A stretch of 64,000 nucleotides of DNA from an uncultured Bacteroidales bacterium. Lineage in GTDB: Bacteria > Bacteroidota > Bacteroidia > Bacteroidales > FEN-979. The stretch lies in assembly GCA_903828645.1 (NCBI GenBank), contig CAIKNA010000071.1, forward strand, positions 1,286 to 65,285, in the 5' to 3' direction. The notes beneath the pieces were generated by a model. That model was not told the origin of the DNA. It made no database searches and saw only the letters and a list, made by a program, of their open reading frames with translations. The position numbers were made by a program, and so were the translations under genes. Shown one piece after another: positions 28,809 to 38,410 of the stretch. Position 1 is the first letter of the stretch. Every line of letters starts with the position of its first letter.

Positions 28809-31064
28809 TTACCTGGTTATTATGAGTTTGGTTGTCAGGATCAATCCTTCGCCTGAAAGGAGCCGCAGGGTGTAGATTCCCGCTGGCAGCGAAGCTGTGG
28901 AGATCCGCGTAGTGTTGGTTCCCTCATTCAGTCTGATCTCGCTGCCTGATACCCGCTCGCCGGTCACGTTGTACAGATCAATCGCTGCAGTTGTTGCCTG
29001 CTTCAGGTCGATGTGTAGATCCAGGTGATCAATAACAGGGTTCGGGTAAACCGACCAGTGGTTCACCAGTGATAATTCGTCCCGGATACCCATGATCTTC
29101 TTCCCGTTGAAGGTCATGACAACATCTGCATGCGGTTTTGAAGGGGTGAGGACAATCATGACCTCGTCGCTGGTAACACCGGGCATTTCCGGGTGCAAAT
29201 AATAGGTGCCATAGGCCATCGACGGAAAGGTGAATGCACCGGACGTGGAGACTTTTGTAAAGCCTATCGGCTGACCCTGTGAATTCTTGAGGATCATATT
29301 GACTTTATCCACCAGCGAACTCTTCAGTTTGCTCAGGTTGATCTGGCCAGCTGTAGAACCGGGTCCCGGAGTCATCTGGTCGGAGGGAACAAGGTTGATG
29401 TTGTAAGGATTGTTCTCAGTTCCAAGGGTGATCATTGTAGCCTGCTCCCATGTGATGGTGTTCCCGTAGTAAGTCGGCAGGTAACCATTGGAATCAAAAG
29501 GCAGGGCCAGGATATAGTAGTTGCCGTTTGGAACCATGTTGAAGAAGTACATTCCGGCGGAATCGATCGGAGATACCCCGACAAATGGCTGGTAATTTGG
29601 ACTGGTGTCAAATGAGAAGATCATCGCCAATCCATTGGAAAGGGGAACATTACCTGCGAATACCTGTCCGAAAACCTGGTGAAAATTCATGCTGTCGATG
29701 ACTGAAACATTTTTACAAAATACGCTTGTACAGTTGTTGCCGGTGATGGTGAGGCATACATTATAAATTCCCGTTGAACCAAAGACATGAACAGGGTTCT
29801 GAATGGTTGAGGAGGTGCCGTCGCCAAAACTCCAGAACCAGGATGTGGGATTTCCTTCTGAAAGATCGGTGAAATCGACCGTATAATTCCCAACTGCCGG
29901 ACAGGTGTAAGTGAAATATGCCTGGCATCCAGGACCGCCTCCGGCAACCACGGTGTTGCAGTGGGTATCATAACACGTGCTGTCGGCTCCGTGCACGGTA
30001 AGGCATACATCATAGGATCCCGGTGAACTGAAGACATGGCTGGGATTCCGGAGTGTTGATATGTTGCTGGTTCCGCTGGCGGGATCACCAAAAGACCAGC
30101 TCCAGCTTACAAGGTTGCCCAGGGATTGATCAATGAAATGGACATTCGGGGCAGAAGTCAGCGAATCGGTATAATAGGTGTAGTATGCATGGCATCCCGG
30201 TGTTGTTCCGACAACCAGGGTATCGCAGGTGATATCGAAACAACTGCTGTCCACTCCCTGGATCTTCAGACAGACCATGTATATACCAGGTTGTGAATAA
30301 GTATGGACCACATTCGGGTTTCCCGGAACGATAACGACCTGTGACAGACCATCCCCGAAATTCCAGGTGTAGGAGGCTATGTTGCCGGACGACTGGTTGA
30401 TGAAATGATAGGTGTTTAGCGTATTCATGCTGTCGGGAATGGCAAAAAAAGCTGCATGACAGCCGCCTCCGGTCGAATCCCAAACATAGACTGTTTGCGT
30501 GGTAACCTGGTAGCAGGTTGTTCCGAGGGCGCCGATTGACAGGGTCACGTTATAATAACCGGGCATGCCATAGGTGTGAATCGGGTTCAGCTCAGAGGAG
30601 TTTGCCCCATCGCCGAACATCCAAAGCCGTGTACTCCCGCCCCCTGTGGAAGCATCCATGAACTGCACGGTAAGAGATTGCTGTTGCTGGGTTGTGAAAT
30701 TTGCCTGGCAGGGATTGTTGAAATAGCAGATTGCAAAATCAACGGTAAAGGTGGTAGCAGGCGGGGCTAAGGTCAGTGTAACCTGGTGCCTGTAGTTCTG
30801 GCAATCATAGGTACTCACATATAAAACACACTGGATGTTAGGCGGAACAGGAACACTGTCGGCGTAGAAACCGCTGTTATTGGTGTAAACAGTCTTGTAA
30901 TAAAACCATCCGGTGGCCGAGTCGCTTGAAATGTACACCGCCTGGTTGGGAATTGGATTGCCAGTACCCGTATCAGTGACGGTACCAATTACGGTGAAAA
31001 AATTCTGTGACATGGCTGGCAGCAGCAGCATAACAAATAAAATCTGTAGAAGGAGCTTTTTCAT
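28809..31064 (-). CDS. T9SS-secreted PKD-repeat surface protein (4 PKD domains + shared stalk module + CTD)
   Basis: Four W.FGDG......NP.H.Y...G.Y.V.L units. The C-terminus WSVYPNPVIDHLDL...LPAGIYTLRL is CTD-like. Confidence 0.75.
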   Translation of the reverse strand: MKKLLLQILFVMLLLPAMSQNFFTVIGTVTDTGTGNPIPNQAVYISSDSATGWFYYKTVYTNNSGFYADSVPVPPNIQCVLYVSTYDCQNYRHQVTLTLAPPATTFTVDFAICYFNNPCQANFTTQQQQSLTVQFMDASTGGGSTRLWMFGDGANSSELNPIHTYGMPGYYNVTLSIGALGTTCYQVTTQTVYVWDSTGGGCHAAFFAIPDSMNTLNTYHFINQSSGNIASYTWNFGDGLSQVVIVPGNPNVVHTYSQPGIYMVCLKIQGVDSSCFDITCDTLVVGTTPGCHAYYTYYTDSLTSAPNVHFIDQSLGNLVSWSWSFGDPASGTSNISTLRNPSHVFSSPGSYDVCLTVHGADSTCYDTHCNTVVAGGGPGCQAYFTYTCPAVGNYTVDFTDLSEGNPTSWFWSFGDGTSSTIQNPVHVFGSTGIYNVCLTITGNNCTSVFCKNVSVIDSMNFHQVFGQVFAGNVPLSNGLAMIFSFDTSPNYQPFVGVSPIDSAGMYFFNMVPNGNYYILALPFDSNGYLPTYYGNTITWEQATMITLGTENNPYNINLVPSDQMTPGPGSTAGQINLSKLKSSLVDKVNMILKNSQGQPIGFTKVSTSGAFTFPSMAYGTYYLHPEMPGVTSDEVMIVLTPSKPHADVVMTFNGKKIMGIRDELSLVNHWSVYPNPVIDHLDLHIDLKQATTAAIDLYNVTGERVSGSEIRLNEGTNTTRISTASLPAGIYTLRLLSGEGLILTTKLIITR

Positions 31065-31084
31065 GATCTTTATTATTTAAGGGG

Positions 31085-33601
31085 TTAATTGATTTTGATA
31101 AGTTTTGTGGTTATGAACAACCCGTCTCCGGAATTGATATGCAGGGAGTAAATCCCCGGTGGCAGGGAGGTTGTTGATATCTCGATGTGGTTTACTCCCC
31201 TCGTCAGGGTTGCCTGGGTGCTTGCGGCCATCTTTCCGGTAATGTTGTAAATGCTTATATTGACATTAGTTGCATGCTTGAGGTCGAGGAGAATGGTAAG
31301 CAGGGCTGCAACAGGATTCGGGTAAACCGACCACCTGTTCAAAAGGGTTGCTTCTTCCGGGATGCCCAGTATCTTTTTACCGCTGAAGGTCATCACGACA
31401 TCAGCATGAGGTTTTCCCGGAGAGAGGGTCACCTTCACATAGTCACTGGTAATTCCCGGCATCTCAGCATGCATGTAATAAATGCCGTAAGCCAGCGATG
31501 GAAAGTTGAATGTCCCTGAGGTGGATACGCGGGTGAAGCCGATCGGTGTACCCTGGGCATTCAACAGCACCATGTTGATTTTGTCGGTGATGGAACTCTT
31601 CAGTTTACCCATGTTGATCTGGCCTGAGGCTGAACCCGGACCCGGGGTCATCTGGTCCGACTGAGCAAGGTTGATGTTGTAAGGATTGTTCGCTGTTCCA
31701 AGCGTGATGGGTGAGGTCTGCTCCCAGGTGATCGTATTGCCAAAATACGTTGGCAGGTAACCGCTTGAATCAGACGGAGTGGCCAGAATGTAATAGACCC
31801 CGCCTGGAACAGTGGTGAAGAAATAAACACCGTTTGTGTCGATAGGAGATACGTCAACATAGGGCTGGTAGTTTCCCGTTGTGTCCGAGGAAATGATCAT
31901 GGCAAGGCCGGCAGTTGCCGGGAAACTTCCATTGAAAACCTGGCCGTAAATCTGGTGGTAAACCACGGTATCATGGATGGTAACATCCTGGCAGAATGTA
32001 CTGTTGCAATAGTTGCCCGAGATGGTGAGACATACATGATAAGTACCGGAAGCCGCATAGGAATGTATGGGGTAACGCAGGGCTGATGAATCCCCGTCAC
32101 CAAACTCCCACAGCCATTGTGAAGGCGTACCGGAGGAAAGGTCGGTAAATTGTACCATCTTCGGGCCTGTCACGGGGCTAGTGGTGTAGGTAAAGCCGGA
32201 CTGGCATGGAACAAGTGAATCTGTGATCAGAACAGGTCTTGCGTAACTCTGCCAGCAGGTGGTTGTAAAGTTGCCTACAGATAGGATCACAAGGTACAAA
32301 CCCGGCTTCCTGAAAGTGTGCTGAGGGTTTGCCAGGGAGGAAGTATCTCCGTCCCCGAAGTACCATGACCTGATGTTGCTGCTTCCATAAGAAAGATCCT
32401 GGAATTGAATCGTCTTTGGCAACTGGGTATTGGAAAAACTGAAACTGGCATTGCACAGGAGCGAATCAGCTAACCGGATTAGCTTGGTTGTCGTGTTTGA
32501 ACACCCGGTTATGTTGTTGACAGTGGAAAGGGTCACAAGGAAATCTCCCTGTGAACCATAGGCATGGATGGGGTTCTCAGTGGTCGAGGTGGCCCCGTCT
32601 CCAAAATTCCAAACCCTCGAACTGACACCTCCGGTTGACTTGTCTTCAAACTGCACCGTAAGTATCCCTGCCGCGGAAACCTTCATTTTAGCCTGGCAGG
32701 GAGGGTTAATTTCACAATTGAGAAAAAAATCCTGGTGCAGGTGGTAGTTGAAAGAATTATATGAACCGGACAATTCTTCTGTATACCCGCAATCCTGGGT
32801 CCAGACATAGTAGTTTCCGCTTATCACCCCGACAGACAGGAGCAGTGAATCTGTATAAAAACCGTTGCTGTCGGTGTAAATCGTGCGCGGGGCAACCAGC
32901 GTGTCGTCGATCCCCCACGTCACAGCATGGCCGGGCATGGGGATGCTTGTCAGCGAGTTTGTAATGGTCCCGCTGATTGTGAGATAAACCGGGGTACTCG
33001 TCGTGTCGCCGGCGTATACATTTTTGACAATATTGGCAGAACAACCCGAATTGTTGGAAATGGAGAGTGTTACCGGGTGCCAGCCGGCTGCCCCGTAAAT
33101 ATGTTGCGGGTTTTGAACCGTTGAAGTTCCACCGTCACCGAAATTCCAGTCCCAGGTAACCGGGTTTCCCTGCGTCTGTGACAGGTCTGAAAACTGGAAT
33201 GACCTGCTTGCAAACTGGTTGTAAGTGAAATTAGCTATGCATGGTGTGTTGAAATTGCAGATCGCAAAATCGACTGTGAAATTGTAGCTGGCCGGGTTGT
33301 AATTTAATACAACCTGGTGCTGGTAGTTCTGGCAATCGATGGTGCTAACATACAGTGTTCCGGGACTTCCGCCGGGAACCGGTGTAATGACAGTGTCCCG
33401 GTAAGATCCATTGATATCGGTATAGACTGTATGGTAATAGAACCAGCCGCCGGAGGAATCGGCAACGATGGTCACCGCATGGTTTGCGATCGGTGCGCTC
33501 GTGGCCGTATCCGTTACGGTTCCTCCTATGTTTATAATTCCCTGCGACATCCCCGGAAGGATAACCATGAGGAAAAGGATATGAAGCAGTAGTTTTTTCA
33601 T
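31085..33601 (-). CDS. T9SS-secreted PKD-repeat surface protein, paralog of 28809..31064
   Basis: Same N-terminal signal and first domain, four PKD units, a duplicated carboxypeptidase-regulatory-like N-domain, the shared stalk and a CTD. It lies only 20 nt upstream of its paralog. Confidence 0.75.
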   Translation of the reverse strand: MKKLLLHILFLMVILPGMSQGIINIGGTVTDTATSAPIANHAVTIVADSSGGWFYYHTVYTDINGSYRDTVITPVPGGSPGTLYVSTIDCQNYQHQVVLNYNPASYNFTVDFAICNFNTPCIANFTYNQFASRSFQFSDLSQTQGNPVTWDWNFGDGGTSTVQNPQHIYGAAGWHPVTLSISNNSGCSANIVKNVYAGDTTSTPVYLTISGTITNSLTSIPMPGHAVTWGIDDTLVAPRTIYTDSNGFYTDSLLLSVGVISGNYYVWTQDCGYTEELSGSYNSFNYHLHQDFFLNCEINPPCQAKMKVSAAGILTVQFEDKSTGGVSSRVWNFGDGATSTTENPIHAYGSQGDFLVTLSTVNNITGCSNTTTKLIRLADSLLCNASFSFSNTQLPKTIQFQDLSYGSSNIRSWYFGDGDTSSLANPQHTFRKPGLYLVILSVGNFTTTCWQSYARPVLITDSLVPCQSGFTYTTSPVTGPKMVQFTDLSSGTPSQWLWEFGDGDSSALRYPIHSYAASGTYHVCLTISGNYCNSTFCQDVTIHDTVVYHQIYGQVFNGSFPATAGLAMIISSDTTGNYQPYVDVSPIDTNGVYFFTTVPGGVYYILATPSDSSGYLPTYFGNTITWEQTSPITLGTANNPYNINLAQSDQMTPGPGSASGQINMGKLKSSITDKINMVLLNAQGTPIGFTRVSTSGTFNFPSLAYGIYYMHAEMPGITSDYVKVTLSPGKPHADVVMTFSGKKILGIPEEATLLNRWSVYPNPVAALLTILLDLKHATNVNISIYNITGKMAASTQATLTRGVNHIEISTTSLPPGIYSLHINSGDGLFITTKLIKIN

Positions 33602-33716
33602 AAATCAAGTGTTTTTATAATGGTGGACGAAGGAAATTTTAAGAACCTGGATCCGGATGTTCTACGAAGTAATAACCCGCTCATGATAAAAGGTTGTCCG
33701 AAGTTACGAAAAAAAA

Positions 33717-35153
33717 TTATAATGATATAACGAAAGCTGTACGAAGGCCGATTGACCATGGTTTGGTATTATTAACCGGCTTCTCATAAACCGAATTAAA
33801 ATAATACCTGACATTGGGTTCAATTTCAAATTTTAGGAGTTCTGAAATACGAAAAGAGGTATTCATGCCTGCCATCAATTGCCAGTTCAGACTGACCTGC
33901 CCCGGAGAAATGTCGTTGATGCTGATGATTCGTTTTGTTCCCGGGTCATATGCAGCAGACAATTGTTTTGAAGAGAGCAGCACAGACAACACCGGCCCTA
34001 CCCGCACGCCTATCGAAATTCGTTCTGTCTGGAAGAAATCGTATCCCATGATCATGGGGATCTGAAGATAGGTATATCGTTTGACTACCTTTGGATTATC
34101 GAGTTTCATCAGGCTGTCCCATACGTTCTGTTTTGACAGGTACATGGTCGGGATATAATTATGCGCCGGATCGCTCCATGTGAATTTCATTGAATCCAGT
34201 TTGTTATAAGCGCCAAGGAAATCATTGTACTCCACGATCAGTTCATTTGTTCCGCTCGCAACAGATAAGCCGGCTCCTGTGCGTACAGAGAACCTGCCGA
34301 AATGGAAAGTTCCCTCGAAACCGAAGTTGTTTACAAACTTTGTCCCTTCAAGGGTGTTGAACATCCACTCGGGGGTATAATAAATTCCGGGATCAATGGT
34401 CCAGTTGCCAGGCTTCCGGTATCTATCTGCCGGTTTACCCTCAGGTATGGGAGCGGGTTTAACCAATGAATCAGGCTTTTTTATCAATGAAGTTGTATCC
34501 AAACCTGGTGTATTGGGAGTTACCGGAACATTGTTCTGCACTTTCCCGGCATCCGGAGCAATGGTAGCTGCAAGTGGAACCGGTTCGCCTTCTCTGGCTG
34601 TCAGTCCTGCCGCGACAGGTGTTTCCGGATGAGATCGTTGGAGCTGGCTGTTTTGCTCAGCCGTTTTTTGCAGTTGTGGTGTTTCTTGGGTCCGGCCAGT
34701 CTGGCTTCCTGAGACACAAGCTGACCTTCCTTGTTTGCTGATCAGTGTTTGCGCAGGGGGGGGGAGGAATTTCTGTTTTTGCGGTTGATGTTCAGTAAGA
34801 TTGTTGTAAAGTTTGCCGGTATTTTTCAGTTGTTTTATTTCATTTGAATTTGTTTTTTCTGATGAGGTGGTATTCATGGCTGACATAGGGGAACCTTTCA
34901 TGGAAGCCTTGATTTTCCTAATGGGTTCAACGGAGAATTCATGAGAAGAGTTACCCCAGATGAAAATTCCTGAAACAACCAGTAAGGTTACCGCTGATAG
35001 AAGGATCAACCCTTTTCTTCCCTTATTTTTCGGTGGGGGTATTTGCATAACATCCTTCAGAAACGCCTGTCTGGCATCATCCGAAGGAGTCATCCGGTGA
35101 TCCCTGAGAGCCTCCCTCAGGAATTCATCTGTTGGATGATTATACTTTTTCAT
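33717..35153 (-). CDS. anti-sigma-like membrane protein: short cytoplasmic N-terminus, one TM, Pro/Gln/Thr-rich linker, C-terminal beta-rich (barrel-like) domain
   Basis: The start overlaps the ECF sigma stop by 14 nt. The TM segment is GLILLSAVTLLVVSGIFIWG. The C-terminal ~230 aa has alternating hydrophobic/polar strands. The function is inferred from position only. Confidence 0.45.
   Translation of the reverse strand: MKKYNHPTDEFLREALRDHRMTPSDDARQAFLKDVMQIPPPKNKGRKGLILLSAVTLLVVSGIFIWGNSSHEFSVEPIRKIKASMKGSPMSAMNTTSSEKTNSNEIKQLKNTGKLYNNLTEHQPQKQKFLPPPAQTLISKQGRSACVSGSQTGRTQETPQLQKTAEQNSQLQRSHPETPVAAGLTAREGEPVPLAATIAPDAGKVQNNVPVTPNTPGLDTTSLIKKPDSLVKPAPIPEGKPADRYRKPGNWTIDPGIYYTPEWMFNTLEGTKFVNNFGFEGTFHFGRFSVRTGAGLSVASGTNELIVEYNDFLGAYNKLDSMKFTWSDPAHNYIPTMYLSKQNVWDSLMKLDNPKVVKRYTYLQIPMIMGYDFFQTERISIGVRVGPVLSVLLSSKQLSAAYDPGTKRIISINDISPGQVSLNWQLMAGMNTSFRISELLKFEIEPNVRYYFNSVYEKPVNNTKPWSIGLRTAFVISL
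34756..34764 (-). repeat. G9 (C9 on the coding strand) homopolymer inside the anti-sigma-like CDS
   Basis: The plus strand reads gcgcaGGGGGGGGGagg. The coding strand reads ttc ctC CCC CCC CCt gcg and encodes L-P-P-P at about aa 130-133. Confidence 0.95.
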
Positions 35154-35724
35154 AGGTCGGTTGTGTTTGAATATTGACCAGTTGATTCATTTTTTTTCTA
35201 AGCATGGAACGGGCTTTCGAAAGTTGCGACTTTGAAGTGTTTTCCGAACACTTCAAAAGTTCTGCGATCTCCTTGTGCCCGTATTGGTCAAAAACGAAAA
35301 GGTTTAACACAGTGCGATACCCGGAAGGCAGTTCGCAGATCAGTTTCATGATCTGTTCCCGGTCAACACTCAGGTATATATCTTCGGGGTCGTTCTCCGG
35401 TTCATTGTGAAGATCGATTTTTTCCTGGATAGGGTCGATATCGATGAAGTTTTTCTCTTTCAGGCGGCCTCGTAAAAAATTCAGGGCCGTATTGACCATG
35501 ATTTTCCTCATCCAGGCTTCCAGGCTTCCTTCTGACCGTATCTTAAATGTCTGAATTTTCTGAATGATCTTGATGAATCCGTCGTGAAGAATATCCTCCG
35601 CATCATCCCGGTTTCCGCAGTAACGAAAACACACGCTTAACAGGATTGGCGCATAACGGTCGTACAGCGCTTCAATGGCGCCGGCATCCCTCGCAATCGC
35701 TTTTTTGATAAGGTCTTCCTCCAC
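35140..35724 (-). CDS. ECF-type RNA polymerase sigma-70 family factor
   Basis: Region 2 (RDDAEDILHDGFIKI) and a region 4 helix-turn-helix (IAELLKCSENTSKSQLSKARSMLRKKM). Confidence 0.85.
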   Translation of the reverse strand: MEEDLIKKAIARDAGAIEALYDRYAPILLSVCFRYCGNRDDAEDILHDGFIKIIQKIQTFKIRSEGSLEAWMRKIMVNTALNFLRGRLKEKNFIDIDPIQEKIDLHNEPENDPEDIYLSVDREQIMKLICELPSGYRTVLNLFVFDQYGHKEIAELLKCSENTSKSQLSKARSMLRKKMNQLVNIQTQPTYEKV

Positions 35725-35786
35725 GGGTTTTCAGTATCCTGTATAAAGATAACACAACTGTTTATAAAGGTTGCCCCGGATGTTAA

Positions 35787-35827
35787 AAAAAAGAGGCTGC
35801 CGGAAACATTCCGGCAGCCTCTTTTTT
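35787..35827 (-). terminator. rho-independent terminator after hppA (hairpin flanked by A-run and T-run, potentially bidirectional)
   Basis: Perfect 13-bp stem, AAGAGGCTGCCGG (35791-35803) paired with CCGGCAGCCTCTT (35811-35823), with a 7-nt loop. It has TTTT on the plus side and T-runs on the minus side. Confidence 0.85.
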
Positions 35828-35842
35828 GCAAGTAGTTGAAAG

Positions 35843-38278
35843 TTAGTCTCTGATACGCATTTTGTAAAATGAACGGTAAACAAAATATAGGGCAACGGCA
35901 AAAAAAGCAAGTCCGATGTAGTGGGCGACCGGCCGGAAATGCACAGACAGGGCAATTTCCATGGCCAGTAAGCCAAACAGGGTAGTAAACTTGATGATGG
36001 GATTCATGGCAACCGATGAGGTGTCTTTGAAAGGATCACCAACGGTATCGCCAACAACGGAAGCGGCATGAAGTTCTGTTCCCTTTTCTTTCATATCAAC
36101 CTCAATAACCTTTTTTGCATTGTCCCAGGCGCCACCGGCGTTGGCCATGAAAATGGCCTGATACAAGCCGAAGAAGGCAATCGAGATCAGGTAACTCACG
36201 AAAAGCGATACCGGCAAGGCATAATTCAGTTTTTCTGTGCCCGTCATCGATTCAGTCAACCCGGTAGGGGAGGACAAAAACGCAAAGGCCAGTGCAAAGG
36301 AGAAAATTGCTATGAAAATGTTTAGCATGCCCTTCTGTGCATAAACAGTGCAGATTTGAACCACCTCTTTCGATTTGGCCGTGTCGGCTTTTTTGGGAGC
36401 GTTGGGGTCGAGGTTGATATTCTTCTTAATGTAAGCAACCGCGCGGCTTGCTCCTGTGGTAACTGCCTGGATGGATGCCCCGCTGAACCAGTAAATGACA
36501 GAGCCGCCTAACAGAAATCCTAAAATGGTGTAAGGATTTAAAAGCGTAAGGATCTGTTCAGGCTCGATGCCAAGCGATTTTTTGATCACCAGGATGAGCG
36601 AAAAGATCATCGTTGTGGCACCCACAACCGCGGTGCCGATCAGAACGGGTTTTGCGGTGGCTTTGAAGGTGTTTCCGGCTCCGTCATTCGCTTCCAGGTA
36701 ATGTTTGGATTTTTCGAAATCAGGTTTGAAACCGAAATCCCGCTGTATTTCAGCGCTTATCCCCGGAATTTCCTCAATCAGCGACAGTTCGTAAATGGAT
36801 TGGGCGTTGTCGGTCACAGGTCCGTAACTGTCGACCGCGATGGTAACCGGGCCCATGCCAAGCATGCCGAAGGCCACCAGGCCGAAAGCAAAAATGGATG
36901 GATAGATCATGAAGTTGATCAACCCGAAAGTGCTTGCATAGTATGCAATGAACATGAGCAGGAAAAAGACCATGCCCTGCCAGAAAGCGCTGAAGTTACC
37001 CGCAACAAGTCCCGAAAGGATGTTGAGCGATGCCCCGCCTTCCTGGGAGGCAACTACGACCTCTTTTACATGCGTCGATTTGGGACTCGTGAAAAGCTTT
37101 GTGAATTCGGGGATCAATGCTGCTCCAAGTGTTCCGGCACTGATGATGACTGACAGGATGATCCACAGGTCGCTTGGAAGACCGTTGATCTGAATGTCTT
37201 TTATTGTCAGAAAACTGATTGCGAAAGTAACGACGATGGATAAGATCGAAGTTATCCATACCAGGGAGGTCAAAGGTTTTTCGAAATCAAGATCATCAAC
37301 CTTGTCGTATTTTGCCTTGCTGATAGCGCCATTGATCCAGAAGGATACAATGGAAGTGATGATCATGAAGATGCGCATCACGAAAATCCAGGTGAGCAGT
37401 TGAACCTGAACGGCAGGGTCTTTAACTGCAAGTACGATAAATGAAATGAGGGCCACACCTGTTACACCATAGGTTTCAAAACCGTCGGCAGTGGGGCCAA
37501 CGCTGTCGCCGGCATTGTCGCCTACACAATCGGCAATGGTTCCCGGGTTTCTCGGATCATCTTCGCCGATTTTGAAGATCACTTTCATCAGGTCCGAACC
37601 AATATCAGCGATTTTGGTGAAAATACCACCCGCAATTCTCAATGCGGAGGCGCCTAAGGATTCACCGATGGCAAACCCGATAAAACTTGCCCCTGCATAC
37701 TCTCCGGGAACAAACATCAGGATGATCAGCATCATGATGAGCTCCAGCGAGATCAGTACAACGCCGATGCTCATTCCCGCGTTTAAAGGGATGTTAAGCA
37801 GTTTGATAGGTTTCCGCTCCAGGGAGGCAAAAGCCATCCGCGCATTTGCCAGGGTGTTCATCCTGATTCCAAACCATGCTACACTGTAGGAGCCCAGGAT
37901 TCCGATTATGGTCCAACCCAGGATCATCAATACCCCACCGATTCCGAAGTTGGCATCTGAGAGCCATCCAAAATAAAATGCCACGGCAGAGCCGATAAAT
38001 ACGAAAAGAATTACTAAAAATTTCCCCTGCTGAATGAGATACGTCTTCGATGTTTCGAAAATAACCTGTGCAACATCCAGCATGGATTTATGTGCACCGA
38101 TTTTTTTAACTTTAAGAAATTGGAATAATCCAAACATAAAACCTGCGAAAGTGATCAAAAAACCCCAATAAAGGATGGACTGATCTCTAATCCCTGCAGG
38201 AATTACAAGATTCGCTTCGCCTGCCATTGTGAAAAATGGCAATAGCAAAGCCATAAGAAATGCACTGGCTCTTTTCAT
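35843..38278 (-). CDS. hppA: membrane-integral H+/Na+-translocating pyrophosphatase
   Basis: GGIFTKIADIGSDL, DCVGDNAGD and VGDTVGDPFKDT motifs in a polytopic protein. Confidence 0.9.
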   Translation of the reverse strand: MKRASAFLMALLLPFFTMAGEANLVIPAGIRDQSILYWGFLITFAGFMFGLFQFLKVKKIGAHKSMLDVAQVIFETSKTYLIQQGKFLVILFVFIGSAVAFYFGWLSDANFGIGGVLMILGWTIIGILGSYSVAWFGIRMNTLANARMAFASLERKPIKLLNIPLNAGMSIGVVLISLELIMMLIILMFVPGEYAGASFIGFAIGESLGASALRIAGGIFTKIADIGSDLMKVIFKIGEDDPRNPGTIADCVGDNAGDSVGPTADGFETYGVTGVALISFIVLAVKDPAVQVQLLTWIFVMRIFMIITSIVSFWINGAISKAKYDKVDDLDFEKPLTSLVWITSILSIVVTFAISFLTIKDIQINGLPSDLWIILSVIISAGTLGAALIPEFTKLFTSPKSTHVKEVVVASQEGGASLNILSGLVAGNFSAFWQGMVFFLLMFIAYYASTFGLINFMIYPSIFAFGLVAFGMLGMGPVTIAVDSYGPVTDNAQSIYELSLIEEIPGISAEIQRDFGFKPDFEKSKHYLEANDGAGNTFKATAKPVLIGTAVVGATTMIFSLILVIKKSLGIEPEQILTLLNPYTILGFLLGGSVIYWFSGASIQAVTTGASRAVAYIKKNINLDPNAPKKADTAKSKEVVQICTVYAQKGMLNIFIAIFSFALAFAFLSSPTGLTESMTGTEKLNYALPVSLFVSYLISIAFFGLYQAIFMANAGGAWDNAKKVIEVDMKEKGTELHAASVVGDTVGDPFKDTSSVAMNPIIKFTTLFGLLAMEIALSVHFRPVAHYIGLAFFAVALYFVYRSFYKMRIRD

Positions 38279-38308
38279 ATTTACCTATTTAATTATTTGA
38301 ACTGTCTA

Positions 38309-38316
38309 CAAAAATA
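38309..38316 (-). promoter_or_regulatory. -7 box candidate TATTTTTG upstream of hppA
   Basis: Complement of caaaaata, ~30 nt upstream of the ATG at 38278. Confidence 0.4.
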
Positions 38317-38377
38317 GAACAAATTTTATGAAAACATAAATTTTTGAACAACTTTTGTCTGTTAGGGAAATTTCCCG

Positions 38378-38385
38378 TAGGTTTG
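38378..38385 (+). promoter_or_regulatory. -7 box candidate TAGGTTTG upstream of the bifunctional nuclease gene
   Basis: Matches TAnnTTTG, 25 nt upstream of the ATG at 38411. Confidence 0.35.
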
Positions 38386-38410
38386 TATTTGGTAAAACCC
38401 GCAGGACCCG

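Noticed and set aside
33635-33665. Palindromic segment AGAACATCCGGATCCAGGTTCT between the anti-sigma-like gene and the first cargo gene, considered as an ECF promoter or operator.
   Set aside because: The spacing between the AAC-like and CGTC-like elements (~29 nt) does not fit ECF promoters. The palindrome is short and imperfect.
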